NCBI GenBank assembly: GCA_002633005.1
Contig: NMRA01000842.1
Location: 57,072-121,071, forward strand
Length of the DNA stretch: 64,000 nt
Direction: 5' to 3'
Source: Phoronis australis
Taxonomy: Eukaryota > Animalia > Phoronida
The notes under the pieces: model-generated
What the model was told of the DNA's origin: nothing
The model's input: the letters and a program-made list of their open reading frames with translations, nothing else
The model's database searches: none
Shown: piece by piece, positions 24,149-36,810 of the stretch
Numbering within the stretch: the first letter of the stretch is position 1
How the letters are laid out: each line of letters opens with the position of its first letter
Translations under genes and position numbers: made by a program

Positions 24149-25544
24149 AAGAGAATGCCACTCAAAAACCAACCATTTTGTATCAATTTAGATTGAGTAG
24201 TTCTACTCGATAACGGCACGTTCAGTTGCGTTACCGGACACCTGACGGCAGACGGAGGTGTTGAAATTATCCAATGACATAACTGGTTTCACACGCAGTC
24301 TGTTCAGCAGTAAACAACACGGGTTACTGGTGTCAGGTTATCGCTTGAATTCATTGTTTAAGACCAATAAATAATAAAACTTCGATGTAAAACCCTTAAA
24401 AATACACGTGTGTTGTATAAATTTTTTTAATTCAAAACATACAAAACGCTTGTTATCCCGACCAGTGGCTCGGAACCCGATCAGGCCAGTCGCGGCCGCC
24501 GGGACTGGCACGAACATAAACCAGCTTGAGTTGGAAACTAAAACTCCAGTCACGATCGAAAAGACTATAATGGTGGGGCAAAGAAATAATGGGAATTAGC
24601 CACGAAACTGAAAATCTACTTGTCGGGGGCCGCGAAGTCGCTGGGGTTCCCCATCCACAGACCGTCAGGGCAAAGGTTGTACAATAAAAATGATTTGAAT
24701 AATGAATTAGTATTTCTGAATAAAGATTCCCCCAACATGTAAAACCGAGAAATTGTTTTACAACAGCTTTCTGTCAGCAAACACTGAATTAGCATGCGCT
24801 CACGCCTCGGTGCCCGGTCCTTTATTGCCGGCACCAAAAGCCGGTAACGCAGTAGTTTATTCATAACTGGCTTCTCAACATTTGCACTCACGAATACTGC
24901 AAAGGCATAACAAATTGTATCTAATGAGACAGACTTTGTTTCAGTTTTATATAAGCATTGGTTAGAATGAAAATAATTCATTTTGAAACAGAAAGCAGAA
25001 TAAACGTCTACATGGCAACTCGCCCGGTGCCCATCCCAACTTAGTTAGTCAAGAGCTCATCCGACGAAGACTTCACGGATTGGATCGTTAGGTTTTACAG
25101 GCTATCAATTCAAACCAGAATACACATGAGAGGCGCCGTGAACATGCACAGGCAACGAAACATATGGATAGTTCTTTGGCAAGCCAAAATTCGTCAGAGA
25201 AATCACTGTCGACGAAATGCCGGCCACAGACACAGAGATGTTTCACGGCCTCATACTTACTATTAACAGCGTACCTTTCATTTCGGGCTCTCGAGGAAGT
25301 CATGAAAAACGATATACACACTTTCTTGGCAGCTTCATAATTCGGACAAGCGGGAACAATGCACCGCAATATAGCGGCATTCACTCTGCAGACGAACCAC
25401 TGACGTCGCTGCGTCATTTCTCACCTTCCTCACAGATTAACGCGACACCTCTCGGCAAGGTGAGGTTGACAGTATAAGAGGCAATGTGTATACAGACCGA
25501 TTAAGAAGGTAAAAAAGACTAATTAAATCAGGTGGCATTCTCCT
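24149..25544 (-). mobile_element. Kolobok-like non-autonomous DNA transposon with THAP-domain remnant
   Basis: Right end GTGGCATTCTCCT|TTAA and left end TGAA|AAGAGAATGCCAC share an 11-bp inverted core and a TTAA-type target. An inward-facing THAP-like ORF starts near the right end. Confidence 0.6.
25088..25417 (-). pseudogene. Degenerate THAP zinc-finger fragment
   Basis: RCIVPACPN...SFF...VCGRHFVDSDF follows the THAP C2CH pattern; the conserved P and W in the middle are lost. Confidence 0.65.
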
Positions 25545-25977
25545 TTAATTCCATGTGCATATATGTATGTTTCATTCCATTTTGCTTGCTGTATGTTGAA
25601 ATGCGTAACTTTTTATGGGGATGTACTATCGCCCTTGTATGCCTGCAGCATTCAGGGTGATGTAATTGCCTATATAAAAATGGCTAGTTACCGATTTTGG
25701 GAACTGAATGAGTGAGGGAATTCTTCAAGAATGAGTTTGATAACTGGAATGTTTGATCGAGTTGGGAAGAATTAAAGACATCGGCGACCTCCTAAGGTGT
25801 TCCTCTATGCGCAAGTTATTTATAGCAACGTGACTTTCATGTTTTAGTCAGTGTGAGGCATAATTCGCCGAAAACCTCCCGACGTGTGAAGCTCCTATGG
25901 CAGCTACACCGTCTGTAGTTCAACTAGAGACGGTGGTCACAGTCTAAATCAATTGCATACGAGTTACGTGTTGCCTA

Positions 25978-26500
25978 CTCGCTGGTTCCCTGCATGTCAC
26001 TAGATGGTAGAAAACACGCAGGTATCATTTAATTTCCTCAGGAAATTTTTTTACGCCGGCATTTCTGATTGGCTGGTTGAATTCTCAACAGGTAGCGCTT
26101 CATGCAAATAAGTCTGGCGTTACTGATGGAGGAAGTGTAAATGTGGTCTGTTGTACAGACAAATCGGTGCTTAATTCATGTTCAAGAAATGTGAATCCCA
26201 TAAAAAGTTGTGGTTGCGCCTATTCAGAGTGCATCTTTCTACTGTCGCTGACTTTTGTTTGCGTTGCTGTCCTGCATTCATACAGTATGAATAACACACT
26301 GGTTAAAGCGGCCAGATGTCTGTTTATTCGTGTATGTGCTTCAAGCATGCGGCTATTTAACATTACTGCAGACAAAATAGTTGCTGCTACGCGCCACTTG
26401 CATCAGAAAAAAATCGCTCATAGTCCGCCATTTTCTCTCTTTGTTGTAAAGCTAACCAATGACTGCAACAGTTACACCAACCAGTGATAAAGCGCAAGCT
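25978..26500. repeat. Interspersed repeat; a second copy at about 38991-39204 plus 40604-40890 is split by the long-TIR element
   Basis: Shared blocks CTCGCTGGTTCCCTGC, TTTCTGATTGGCTGGTTGAATT, ACTGATGGAGGAAGTGTAAATGTGG, AGTCCGCCATTTTC and AACCAGTGATA in the same order. Confidence 0.8.
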
Positions 26501-27464
26501 ACTGAATGGTACCTCTTGTTGCGTGTGATCTCTACACACAGTGAACTAGCCTTGGTACAAAGCTGTATACTAAATATACAGCTTTGCACCGATGTGGATA
26601 AAAAAGTGGTAAGATAAAATGTGACACAAAATAAGTGTCATTAAACCTTACAGACTTCCTAGAGTAAACTAAAATATTTAACGGTATTGGAAAAATTGGT
26701 GTTCTTCCGTTATTCTGCTGCAAAATGTTGTGGAGCGATCTTTAGCGACGGCTTTCAGCGCCATGAAATATTGCGTCACCTATTGGCCAGTTTCTTTTTT
26801 TTGCCGATTCTTCAATCAAACGTTGTTCTTTCACAACAAATTATCGGAACTGGTTTCACTTCATTAGAAGTTTTTAGAATTTTGATGCCGAAAAACCAAA
26901 TTTCAGAAGAAATTTTGCTGCTGCCAAGCTATCATCATCTCCCGAGAGGTCACAAAAATTTAGAAAAAGGCGCGTGCGTGTGACATAGGGGTACTGTTTT
27001 CAAAACGACAACATACTTTTCATTGTTAGAAAAAGCGGAGAGTTACACAAAAAATGACGTTTATTGCACTGTTTTTCACTTAAACGGCTTTAACGGGCAA
27101 GGTGAGTGTCGGTTGATTCCCAGATTTTGCATGCACCCCGTCCGGTCTTTAGCTTTACATGTTGACACAAGTTTCACGGCGAGGTGACGAGCAGAAATAA
27201 CCTGGCTGTGTGCAATTTCTCGGTCTACGGAAGAAATACACACAGTGGTACCTAGCTGTGTTTTGACGACAGTCTTCATTTCATACAGCGCCGCCGTAAT
27301 ACAGCGGTGAACCACCAAAGAGTTGTCTATCATGATTTATGACTGCCAGATTGGCGTGCTCTTGTTGGAAGCTCAGTAGCACCTGGCTTCAATTGCTAAT
27401 GACAAATGACAGCGAAACAACACTAAAACCTTTGTGATTATAATGATTCAAAGTCTTTTGATAC

Positions 27465-27508
27465 CTATTTGCACCAGTTATCATGACAACTTTGCCTTGA
27501 ACATCCAT
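27465..27508 (-). CDS. HSD17B7: HSD17B7 coding exon 1 (MDVQGKVVMITGAN-S)
   Basis: ATG at 27508 gives the SDR Rossmann beta1-TGAN segment. Phase-2 donor AG|gtatca joins exon 2 to give TGANSGIG. Confidence 0.9.
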
Positions 27509-27527
27509 GTTGAATCAGACTACCTTC

Positions 27528-27539
27528 TGCGCCTGCGCA
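27528..27539. promoter_or_regulatory. NRF1-type motif TGCGCCTGCGCA just upstream of the HSD17B7 start codon
   Basis: Near-consensus NRF1 palindrome about 20 nt upstream of the ATG in a CpG-richer segment; a CCAAT box lies at about 27703. Confidence 0.45.
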
Positions 27540-30500
27540 AATGTTCGGAGTTATGAACTTCGAACTGCTGGGTGGAGTCAAGGAGTGTCGTACACTCCTT
27601 GGTGGAGTTCAATGACGCTCTCGCTGGTTCCCTGCGTGCCGCTAGGTGGTCAGAGCCAGCGAGAGTGACGCTAGGACCTACGCTAGCTCCTCTAAAGTCT
27701 AGCCAATCACTAGTCTCTATCTGAAGTACACTGCCATGTCTCACGTAAACTTGCGAAGTCTTGCTTTTCTGTTACTGAACTCTACCCGTATGTTCAATTG
27801 GCAGCGACTCCTTGTGACGAACAAGGGCTGAAGCCCTGCTCCGCCGGGACTGAAGTATTTAACTTTACTTGGCTATTTATAATTTGTGCACTAATAGGGC
27901 CTATCATTCCTAGACTTTCATCTTTCATAATTTGGCGTTGGAAATAAGATTCTGGCTTTTTATGCTATCCGTGTTTTCCAATTGCACTTTTATTTATTTC
28001 CATTATCTTGTATTTTTGTCTTGTATTTTCTGTAAACTAAAAAACATGACCATTTGAGCTAGCAAATAACTAAAACCAGATTAGCCTACTGATGGTGCTA
28101 ATAAGGATAATAGAAATTACAAATTTATCGCCTATATACCAACATTCAAAAGAATATGAATAATGAGATAGATAGTTAGAACAAATAAAGAGATGGGATA
28201 TTCTCATTTACAGATCTGACATTATAAATTAACTGGTATGTTGCAGTGGGCATCAGTGGTCGTAAGTGCGGAGGCGACACGATCTGTACGTGCGTGCAGT
28301 GCCACCGCTATTGGCATCAGCCTGCCATTGGCATTTGTTTCAGAGAGTAGCTGAGTAAGTAGCTTACGGTAATCGTCAAATATGAACATTAGTTAATTTT
28401 TCTATAGCGAATTCTTTCAACTTTTGCTCAAGTGCCCAGTACACATTCATTTGCGAGACAGTGACAAACCTTCATTTTAGACGCATGTGGTTGTGTCCAT
28501 TTATTCCGATACATACATACATCTTTATTTAAACTTGTGCATTCACTACACAAACATAGCCAAAGGCTAGTCCGGTGAAGCAGAGTATAAAATTGATAAC
28601 AAAAATAACAACGAGTTTTTAAAAATGGACAATTAAAGGGGTAGTTACTTGAGGAAGTGTAATCAAGATTGCTGGGTATTGAAAGTAAAGTGAACTCCGA
28701 TGGAGCTAAGTTCACGTGTGAGGTGAGGGCTGCGATCTGGTACATCCGAGTTCTGGTACATGTCGATGAGTAAAATCACGGCTAGATTACCGCCATGACT
28801 GCAAAAGTATCGCTGTGTCAATGTTTTCTTGTTTGTCAGTTCTAGAAAAATTCAGATGATAAACGTAGTACGCCGGTCTTCGTACATGTAGATTGCGGCC
28901 GGGACTTCGTAAGTCATGGCAGCCCGCCCGCCAGAAGAACGTACAATTGGGTCTGTTGCCCACCAATTTTCAATTCACTAATTAATCAGCGGAATTGGTG
29001 CCAACATAGAACTCTAGTCCACGAGGAATGCTATCTCCCGAACGTGAACGGCAATGGCATCAGAGCTTGTGACCCAGACTTGCTGAGGGAGAATTAGCGC
29101 TGTGAATCAAGGTCCAACTGTCAGCTCGACTCATAAGTTATATGATTGTTGCAGTTATGAAATCAAGCCTAATGTCACTGCTTCATTAATTGGTACTTTG
29201 ATATTTTTGTTCACGAAGCGATACTCTTGGGGAACGTATCCAGACAACCAGCGACACTTTCCGTCAAATATGGCCCTGGCCGAATGAGGCTAAACCCAGG
29301 CAAGAATCCCGGATGCGTAGAACAAAGAAGGTAAAACCCGAGCAGAGATCACCGTTCGGTCCATTCCCTACACAGACCTGCAATATCACAAACAAGAAAT
29401 ATTATTGTAATTATGATATCATTGTTATTATTGTCCAGCCAACGTCATCGCCTTATTGCGCACTCAGAGGTCACAGCCTTCATGTTATTGGTTGTGATGA
29501 ACAATGCAACAAAGGCTAAAGCTTGTTTACGGCAGCATACCAAACCACAAAAGTACACAAGACTGATAAGACTGATAACCTTACATGTCCGTTTAGTGAC
29601 TTGTTTATTTTTTATGTTACCTTTCGGCAATCAACTTTGGCTTCTTCTCCATGGTATTCTTCGCAGTTCTACTTGTTTACAAGGCAGTCATTACAATAAT
29701 TGTTTTTAATTATGGAATTCAATTAACCATCGAACGTCTTGCAATGTGCACGTCGACGCTTAATCTTATAACATAAGGTCAGTATACGTTAGTTGTTAAA
29801 CAATTTTGGTTACGCCATCAGTGTAGGATCTGCTGGAGAGAAAATAACTCTACAAAAAATCATATTTTATAAAACATGTACATTCATGTGCTCGGTCGCT
29901 CTAATGACATGTAACAGTAAAATCAGTAAAAACCTAATAAAAATATGTGTCGTGAAAAACAACGCACTATGTGGAGGAAACAAAACTGATTACCTGTGCA
30001 AATAAAACTCAGTCGTTGTGGATCGATTGCGTTGAATGCAAAGATTAGCGCCGTTATTCGGTTTTGTGGATGGATTGCTTCGCATGCAGCTCTCAAAGAT
30101 TCAGGGGTCTCCCGATCACTACTACAGAAAAAGAAGGTGCCACGCAGGGTGTGGCGATCAATTTCCCTTTGACTATTTACGTACAAAATGATGCCTTGAA
30201 CGGCGAAATTCTACAAAAGGGAACGGGCACTCTAAGAGTTCTAAATTCTACGAAGGTTCCTTTTCTAACTGCACTAACCTTCAATGAGAAGGGTTTTAAA
30301 ACAAAGCGTTTGGTTGTAAAATATGTACTAAGTTTTGAAAACGTGGCGCATACATTTTACTGTTTCAGGATAAGATATAACATGTCTAAATTGTTTATCA
30401 GGCTAGACGACACTCTGGTCGATTTCAAATTTCAAGATTGGCTAAGGAATCCAGTTTCTCTTGGGATCTTCGAAAACAACAACGAAACCATTCACTTTCT

Positions 30501-32718
30501 ACCGCGGAGTACTACGTAACCGCACCAGCCGTAGCTGGGCGAAGCCAGCTGAAGGGCTAAAAGATAATTCACCAGCCTTCAATAGGTCGCGGCAGAAAAG
30601 CATCAAATGCAGTTAGTGATGCAGCGCAGGCGGAGATTTCAACTTTCTAATCAACAAGATGGTCCTGCGATACTGAAAAATGACGCGATTTCTTTCAGCG
30701 AATACGGATGCATTTGACTATAATATTCAAAATATTTCTGGTACATTACACGCATCTATCTATCCACAACATTTTCCACAAGTGTAACACAAAGCCGAGG
30801 TGGTTTAATTTTTAACCACCATAAACAGAGATTAATGTTGCTCGCAGCGCAAGGTAGGTCAAGCCCAAGTCCTAACTCAAACAAATAAAGTTAATTTGCG
30901 ACGGTACAATACATTTCCCATGCGAGCAATAGTGAGCTCCATTCCGTAATAGGTTACTCCGAAGCCCACTAGGCCTACTCCGAAAGCCCTCTACTCCGAA
31001 AAAAAAACAATAATACAGTTTGTTTAATAGAAAACTACAAGCCTAAATCAATTTTCAAAAATTTCTGACTATATTGTTGCTTGATTCATCTAAAAACACT
31101 TCGAAAAAATGTTACTCTAAATTGACAGTCCCCAAAGAGGGAGCTCTGTCCTCCGCTACCGTCATTTACCACTCACTCTTTCCTCTGTTCTTTAAAGTAT
31201 TTTTGTACGCTGTTTTTTTTGTTTATGTTCCTCAACATAAAGGACTGCGGTAGAATGTCTTTGTTGTACGTTATTAAAATGGAAAATGTTTCTCAACTTT
31301 GTAAGTAAGTGTAATGACACGTAGATTTTTGACAAATCGACACGTACAAAACAAGAAAAATCTTTTTCCTTCGTCATATTAGACAGATGCTAAAATGGAT
31401 CGGATGGCGGTTGATATCAAGTTCAACAACATCTCGAAACCTTTAACGTGAGTTAAAACATTGTTGAAGTTTATTAGTTATTAATTTTAAAAGAGAAATT
31501 GTGTGGTGCCCGGGTAATAAACAAAGCCACTCACAAAGAATTGGCCTCTAATAAAGCAAACAAGCGTGAGACAACATCGAGAACGTGGGACATTTTTTGA
31601 TATTTTCCAAGTCAAAATCGATCTTCATAAATGTTCTTCCAATTTCACAAATGGGTTGTTTTTTTGTTTGGCAGCATCAAAATGCCCACGCAAAAAAAAT
31701 GAATTTGGACAATGCAGTCTAATGACTTGTTTCTGCGGTTCCACTGTCAGTTGTTAACGACCCTTGTATCGTTCGCTCGACCACAAGAATAGGTATAATA
31801 TTAGTGTGATAAAATGAAACAAATGCCTTCATACTTGATGGAGGCATGAGTTCTTTCGAAGTTGTGAGCCTTCTGAGTGTGGTGTTCTCCATGTATAATC
31901 ACTCGGTAACGCTAACTTGACGTTTTCAAGATACATAAGAAAGCGTACCACCCAAATATTTGAACCAAAACAATGATTTTTTCGTTGGCAGGGCGCTTTT
32001 GACTATTTAGGCTACTACCTGCTAGTTGACTTGTGTATAGAGTTTCCGGCTATCTTAACTAAAGATTCTGTTTTCAACTGAAGTAGACACGAATACGGTA
32101 TCGGTCAAAATTGAAAGTTGTTTTCAGGCTGGGGAACGGGAGCCTGGGTCTGTTTCAGGCTGTGAACGGGAGCCTGGGTCGGTTTCAAAAGATGGCTCTC
32201 ACTGTTGCTTTCTGCCTAAAAGTTTAGCCAAGTAATTATATGAGCGCAGCACAGTCTAGAAATTACCTTAGTAAATACCAGCTATGTTTATTTACTCGGC
32301 AGAGACTTGGCATTTTTGCTCAAGTGTGATTTGATTAGTTTTCAGAAATGGTTATGTAGAGCGTAAGACCAAAATTGTCATAAAACAGCCAACTGGTTGC
32401 GTCAGACTAACCACAAAGTCATTAGCTCTAATAGCAAAAATTTTGATGACGTTACAATTACAAATATTCTGAATACGTCATAATCGTCGGGTCATCTGAA
32501 GTTCACCACAGGCGCACCCATAACAAAACGGGGATAGTTATTCATTGGTCTCAGTAACTTCATCTACTGAGTCAGCTCATATGACGCGTGCACTCACAGT
32601 ACGTCCATGCACGATTTTAGTGACTGTCGTTTTTCATTGGTACAAAACGAAGCGATGAAGCATATAAGATAACAAGAATTTTTTCTTATAGGTTTTCACC
32701 CCCACGTCAGTTGATACG

Positions 32719-32753
32719 ATGCCAGAGTTTAAGTTCTCCCGATCGCAAAACAG
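32719..32753 (+). CDS. Putative small upstream coding exon of the Bcl-2-like gene (MPEFKFSRSQN-R); exon 32692-32753
   Basis: Acceptor ttttttcttatag (AG 32690-32691) and donor CAG|gtaacg. The 35 coding nt plus the A at 33461, after the acceptor at 33459-33460, are in frame with ATG 33462. Confidence 0.5.
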
Positions 32754-33461
32754 GTAACGGTCATACATGTTTGAACAATATTAATGTTGTTAGCTAGTCA
32801 AATACCGGGGGCCAAAGGTACACTGACTCTTAGTCTTGTGGCCCCGGCTTTGACTTGAAGTAAATTTTAGCTAGGATACGTTATCACCAACTCGATAGAC
32901 TACTGAAACCGCCCGGAGAGGTCAAATCTTTGAAACAATAGGCCCTAACAAGTATTGCAATAGTTTGTTGTGACTTGACCCTCGAAAAAAAATATCGGTT
33001 TCGATAGGTCCCCTGACTGAGTAAAGTTCGTAGAACTGGGCCTCGGCCAACTTAGACCCCACTCAGTCACTGTTTCATTTCACTGTGCAACACGCATAAA
33101 GGTTTTCGTCCGCTCTAGTTCTTAAAATCAATTTAAAATATAATGATGACATTTACAGTTGTATTGAATTAGACATTGCCAGCGTTATCACCTCCGATGT
33201 AGCCTACGTCACTATACTGGTCGCCGGGCGCAATCACAACCCGGGCTCACCAACCCCCCAGGCTCCTCACGGGAACTACGTGAAGTCATTGAAATATTTT
33301 CATGAATGAAATCGTTCTCGCTTAGTCTCGAGGTTTCTCGCCTGTCGGCTGTGAGAGACGAGTGTTGGAAGGCTGGAGAGTATTGGAGAGAGGTTTTGTC
33401 GAACGTTGTTGTTTGAAATAAACAACAAGTATGGCTGTAACTGCTCTACTTTTATTGTAGA

Positions 33462-33905
33462 ATGAACCTAAACAACAATATTGATATGACAAACTTCACT
33501 TCGCGGTTGATTGTTGAGGACTACGTCGCTTATCGACTTGGAAAAGAACGATATACATGGCCGGATGGACGAGCAGCTTGTCGAGAGCCGACAAAAGTGA
33601 ACAAGACTATGCGGATACTTGGTGATGAATTTGAAGAAAGATATCGCCAAGTATTCCATGATATGTGCAACCAGTTACACATAACGCCCTCGACTGCATA
33701 CTCAACCTTTTTGGGAGTTGTCAATGAACTGTTTAGTGACGGCATAAAATGGGGTCGCATAGTTGCCCTATTTGCTTTCGGAGGAGCGCTTTGTGTACAA
33801 TGCATCAGCAGAGAAATGCCTCAGTTGGTCAATAACATTGTGGAATGGGTTATTCGCTATGTTGATACACACTTAGCATCTTGGATAATACAGAATGGAG
33901 GCTGG
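33462..33905 (+). CDS. BCL2: Bcl-2/Bcl-xL-like apoptosis regulator, main coding exon (BH4, BH3, BH1, start of BH2)
   Basis: BH4 SRLIVEDYVAYRL, BH3 MRILGDEFEERY, BH1 ELFSDGIKWGRIVALFAFGG, BH2 WIIQNGGW, then donor TGG|gtaagt. Probably co-orthologous to vertebrate BCL2/BCL2L1/BCL2L2; the symbol denotes the family, not resolved orthology. Confidence 0.95.
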
Positions 33906-34606
33906 GTAAGTGTTTAAATGTCTTACACTCCAATCGAACAGCTGTTATAATATGCTGCATAAACCGGTTGGTGATGTGGCTGTAGACAGTGTAGGCCTAC
34001 TTATGACATATGTACCGTTCCTGTGCTGTGGCCACAAGACTGAGTGTGGTGATAAAAGCATGGGATTCGCTAAAAATTTAACTGCTTATCAAAATCAGGT
34101 TTAACTTGTACTTGATCAAGGTGGTTAGTAGGTGGGTGTTGGTAGACTGAAATTTAACCTTTGAGCACTGTTGAAGTTTGGCCATTGATTAGAGCTGGAA
34201 CAAATGGACAATTTGAGATTTCATCTACGGTGCTGCTGACATTTTTCAAGTGCACTGTTAACAATATGAAGAAAAACAATGCTTGTCATGTATTGTAACT
34301 GAAAATGCAAATCCACTGAAACATGGTTTTTGGTGTGAGTACGTCAATGCAACTAGAGAAAAAGGAAAAATTGAAAACAAGCCTAAAATCTCACCACCAT
34401 AGTTGAATAGGTGGGTCAATGATTTAAAATTGATTTGAGAACCAATTACTGCCACTGACTCATGGGCATTATTGAGTGGGAGTATCTGGTTCTCAAATCA
34501 GAGACCCATCTATCCGACTATTACCCTCACCAACTAAATGCAAATTAAGAATCAGGTTGCGTGTCTCCCAATTATACGAGTTGACATCTACCTCACATAT
34601 ATTTAA

Positions 34607-35126
34607 TCGCATTCCCATTAAAGGCAAAACTTCACTTTTACCGAAGTTTCGGTAGTTAATCTGCAATTTGAAACTTCACTTAGAGTAGTAGAATTTAGAA
34701 GCGGAGCTTCAGTACTCACTGAAACTTTGGTGTAGTGGGGACAGTCAAAGCAAAGCTTCGTCGAAGTTTTCGGTGGACGTCGCGGCAACGATCTACGATA
34801 ACGTGAGACTCGCAAAACGTGTTCTTTGTTATCGTAACATAGCTGGTGTGCATTCAATAGACTAACATAAATAAATAAAAGAAATTATGTATATCTGATG
34901 AAGAATGACACCGATCGTTTTCATAAACACTCATAAATGGCAAGAGAGGAATTTTCAGTTAGCCTCGAGCTCTCTACTGGTACTCAACATTCGTTTGAGA
35001 GTACGAATGAACTGAATCTTCTTGTGTCTTAGCGATAACTTCGATATCGCCTACTACTCGAAAAGGTTTAAGCGAACTTTCGGCAAAGCTTTGGTAAACT
35101 AAAGTTTCCCTAATGGGAAAGCGACC
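34607..35126. mobile_element. Degenerate MITE with TIR (GG)TCGCWTTCCCATTA
   Basis: TCGCATTCCCATTA at 34607 versus TAATGGGAAAGCGACC near 35111-35126; internal CGAAGTTT-like repeats in opposite orientations. Confidence 0.5.
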
Positions 35127-36810
35127 TTTGAGAAATGACAGAATGGCTGCAGATAAAATCGCCCGAATTGTCTTGAAGTGTGAGTGGTAAAGGGGTGGTT
35201 GTTGTTTACTCTCAGTTGTGAAATTAGGTAGAACTGAATGTAAAGAACTGTAGTCTAGGATTTAAATATTACAACTCAGTTAAATGGTATTGAAAAGTAA
35301 TTTTGAGCACTGAAGGAATAACAAACATTCCGTTCATTGCAAACCCAGAAGTCACTTCTTAGCTGATTAAAAAACGATGTGAGACCAGTGGTCTAAACAA
35401 AAAAGTCACAACAACTTTCAGTTTCTCTTTCATAGTGCAAAACATCGTTGGACCTTGATCCATATAGATAGCAAGTCTTGTGAGAGAGAAATAATCTTTA
35501 TTTTTATGTCACATAAAAACTATACATTTTTATTTGTCTAGGTGGTCAGCAAAGTCACATGCCACTAGTTGCTGACCACTGTGTACCAATAAAGTGATTA
35601 GATATTAACAATTAAGAATAACTACATAACTAACAACAGAAAAAAGTACACGTACAGTGAAATAAAATACAATGCAAGATTATTTAAAAACATAAATTAA
35701 ATATATTTTACAAAATTTGTACACAGAGACTATGGATACAAGGGAATCTCACTGTTATAAAAGCCTATGTGTGAGATGTGTGAGACAGGTGATCACGGTT
35801 ACTACAGTTAGAATGTGCATGATAATGTAAAATGGGATTGAGCTATAAAAACATTTCAAATAGAATGTGCATGATAATGTAAAATGGGATTGAGCTATAA
35901 AAACATTTCAAAAGTGTATTTATTCTGATCAAAACGTGTTTGAATTAAAGAAGTCCACTAATATTGGAAATCAGTCACGTGCATCATTGTTACAACTGTG
36001 TCCCGTTTGTGTATTTCAATTGATCTGTCTGTATTGTCTCTACTTGAGGCTCAAGTGTTTGGCTGGTCCTTTGTTCCAAACATCTGTTGTTTTGCATGAC
36101 TGGTTTTTAGAGTCATTCTTATGATGAGGGATGTTGCTTAACTGGCCCTGCCATGAATAAACTGGAATGGCCTCAAATTAACTGTGGAATTATTTAATGT
36201 CGGATATACCGGATACATATCGAACTATTTTTTGCAAAAACTTTTCTCTGTTTTGTAATAATTTGGTCAGTAAAAAGTTGGCCTAAAATCATTTGGCATA
36301 TTAAAATGTGATTTTTGCATGGTTCAGTGATATTGAGGAATGTTTACAAGTGCATACTAGTATGTTGTGTCTCTCTATTACAGCATGCTATCAGTTTACT
36401 TCTGCAGTATAAATTGTTCTACAAGTGTTTGAGCACCTCCATGTCTTGCTTGTTCTTTGATCACCTCTATGTCTTGCTTGTTCTTTTACTGTTTGAGCTG
36501 AAAAATAAATGTTCTAGTCACATGTTGATCTGAAAAGTTTGAAAAACCTGACCTGCAGTTGTATCAAGTTCTGACATTTTTCTCACATGATATCAATTTC
36601 CCCTGGGCCTTTGACCTGCAAGAAAATAGTTTCACATGATGAGTCAGTAAGTGTTTACCTGATCATTCAAGGCTGGGTTACTTATCACTGTGCTGGGGGG
36701 ACCAGATGCATTGTTTGGATTACTTTTTTGACCATGTGTATTCCTTCCTTATTGATTGTAATATGTTGCTATAGTACTACATTTTGATGTGATTGGGGTT
36801 AGGATTCTGT

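Noticed and set aside
30064-30519. 151-aa ORF in the intergenic region
   Set aside because: No domain resemblance or splice support; chance ORF not excluded.
12116-33905. Possible conservation of the vertebrate KDSR-BCL2 neighbourhood
   Set aside because: The SDR here matches HSD17B7 motifs (LCLACRN, HMFST, TNxFGH), not KDSR, so the resemblance is probably coincidental.
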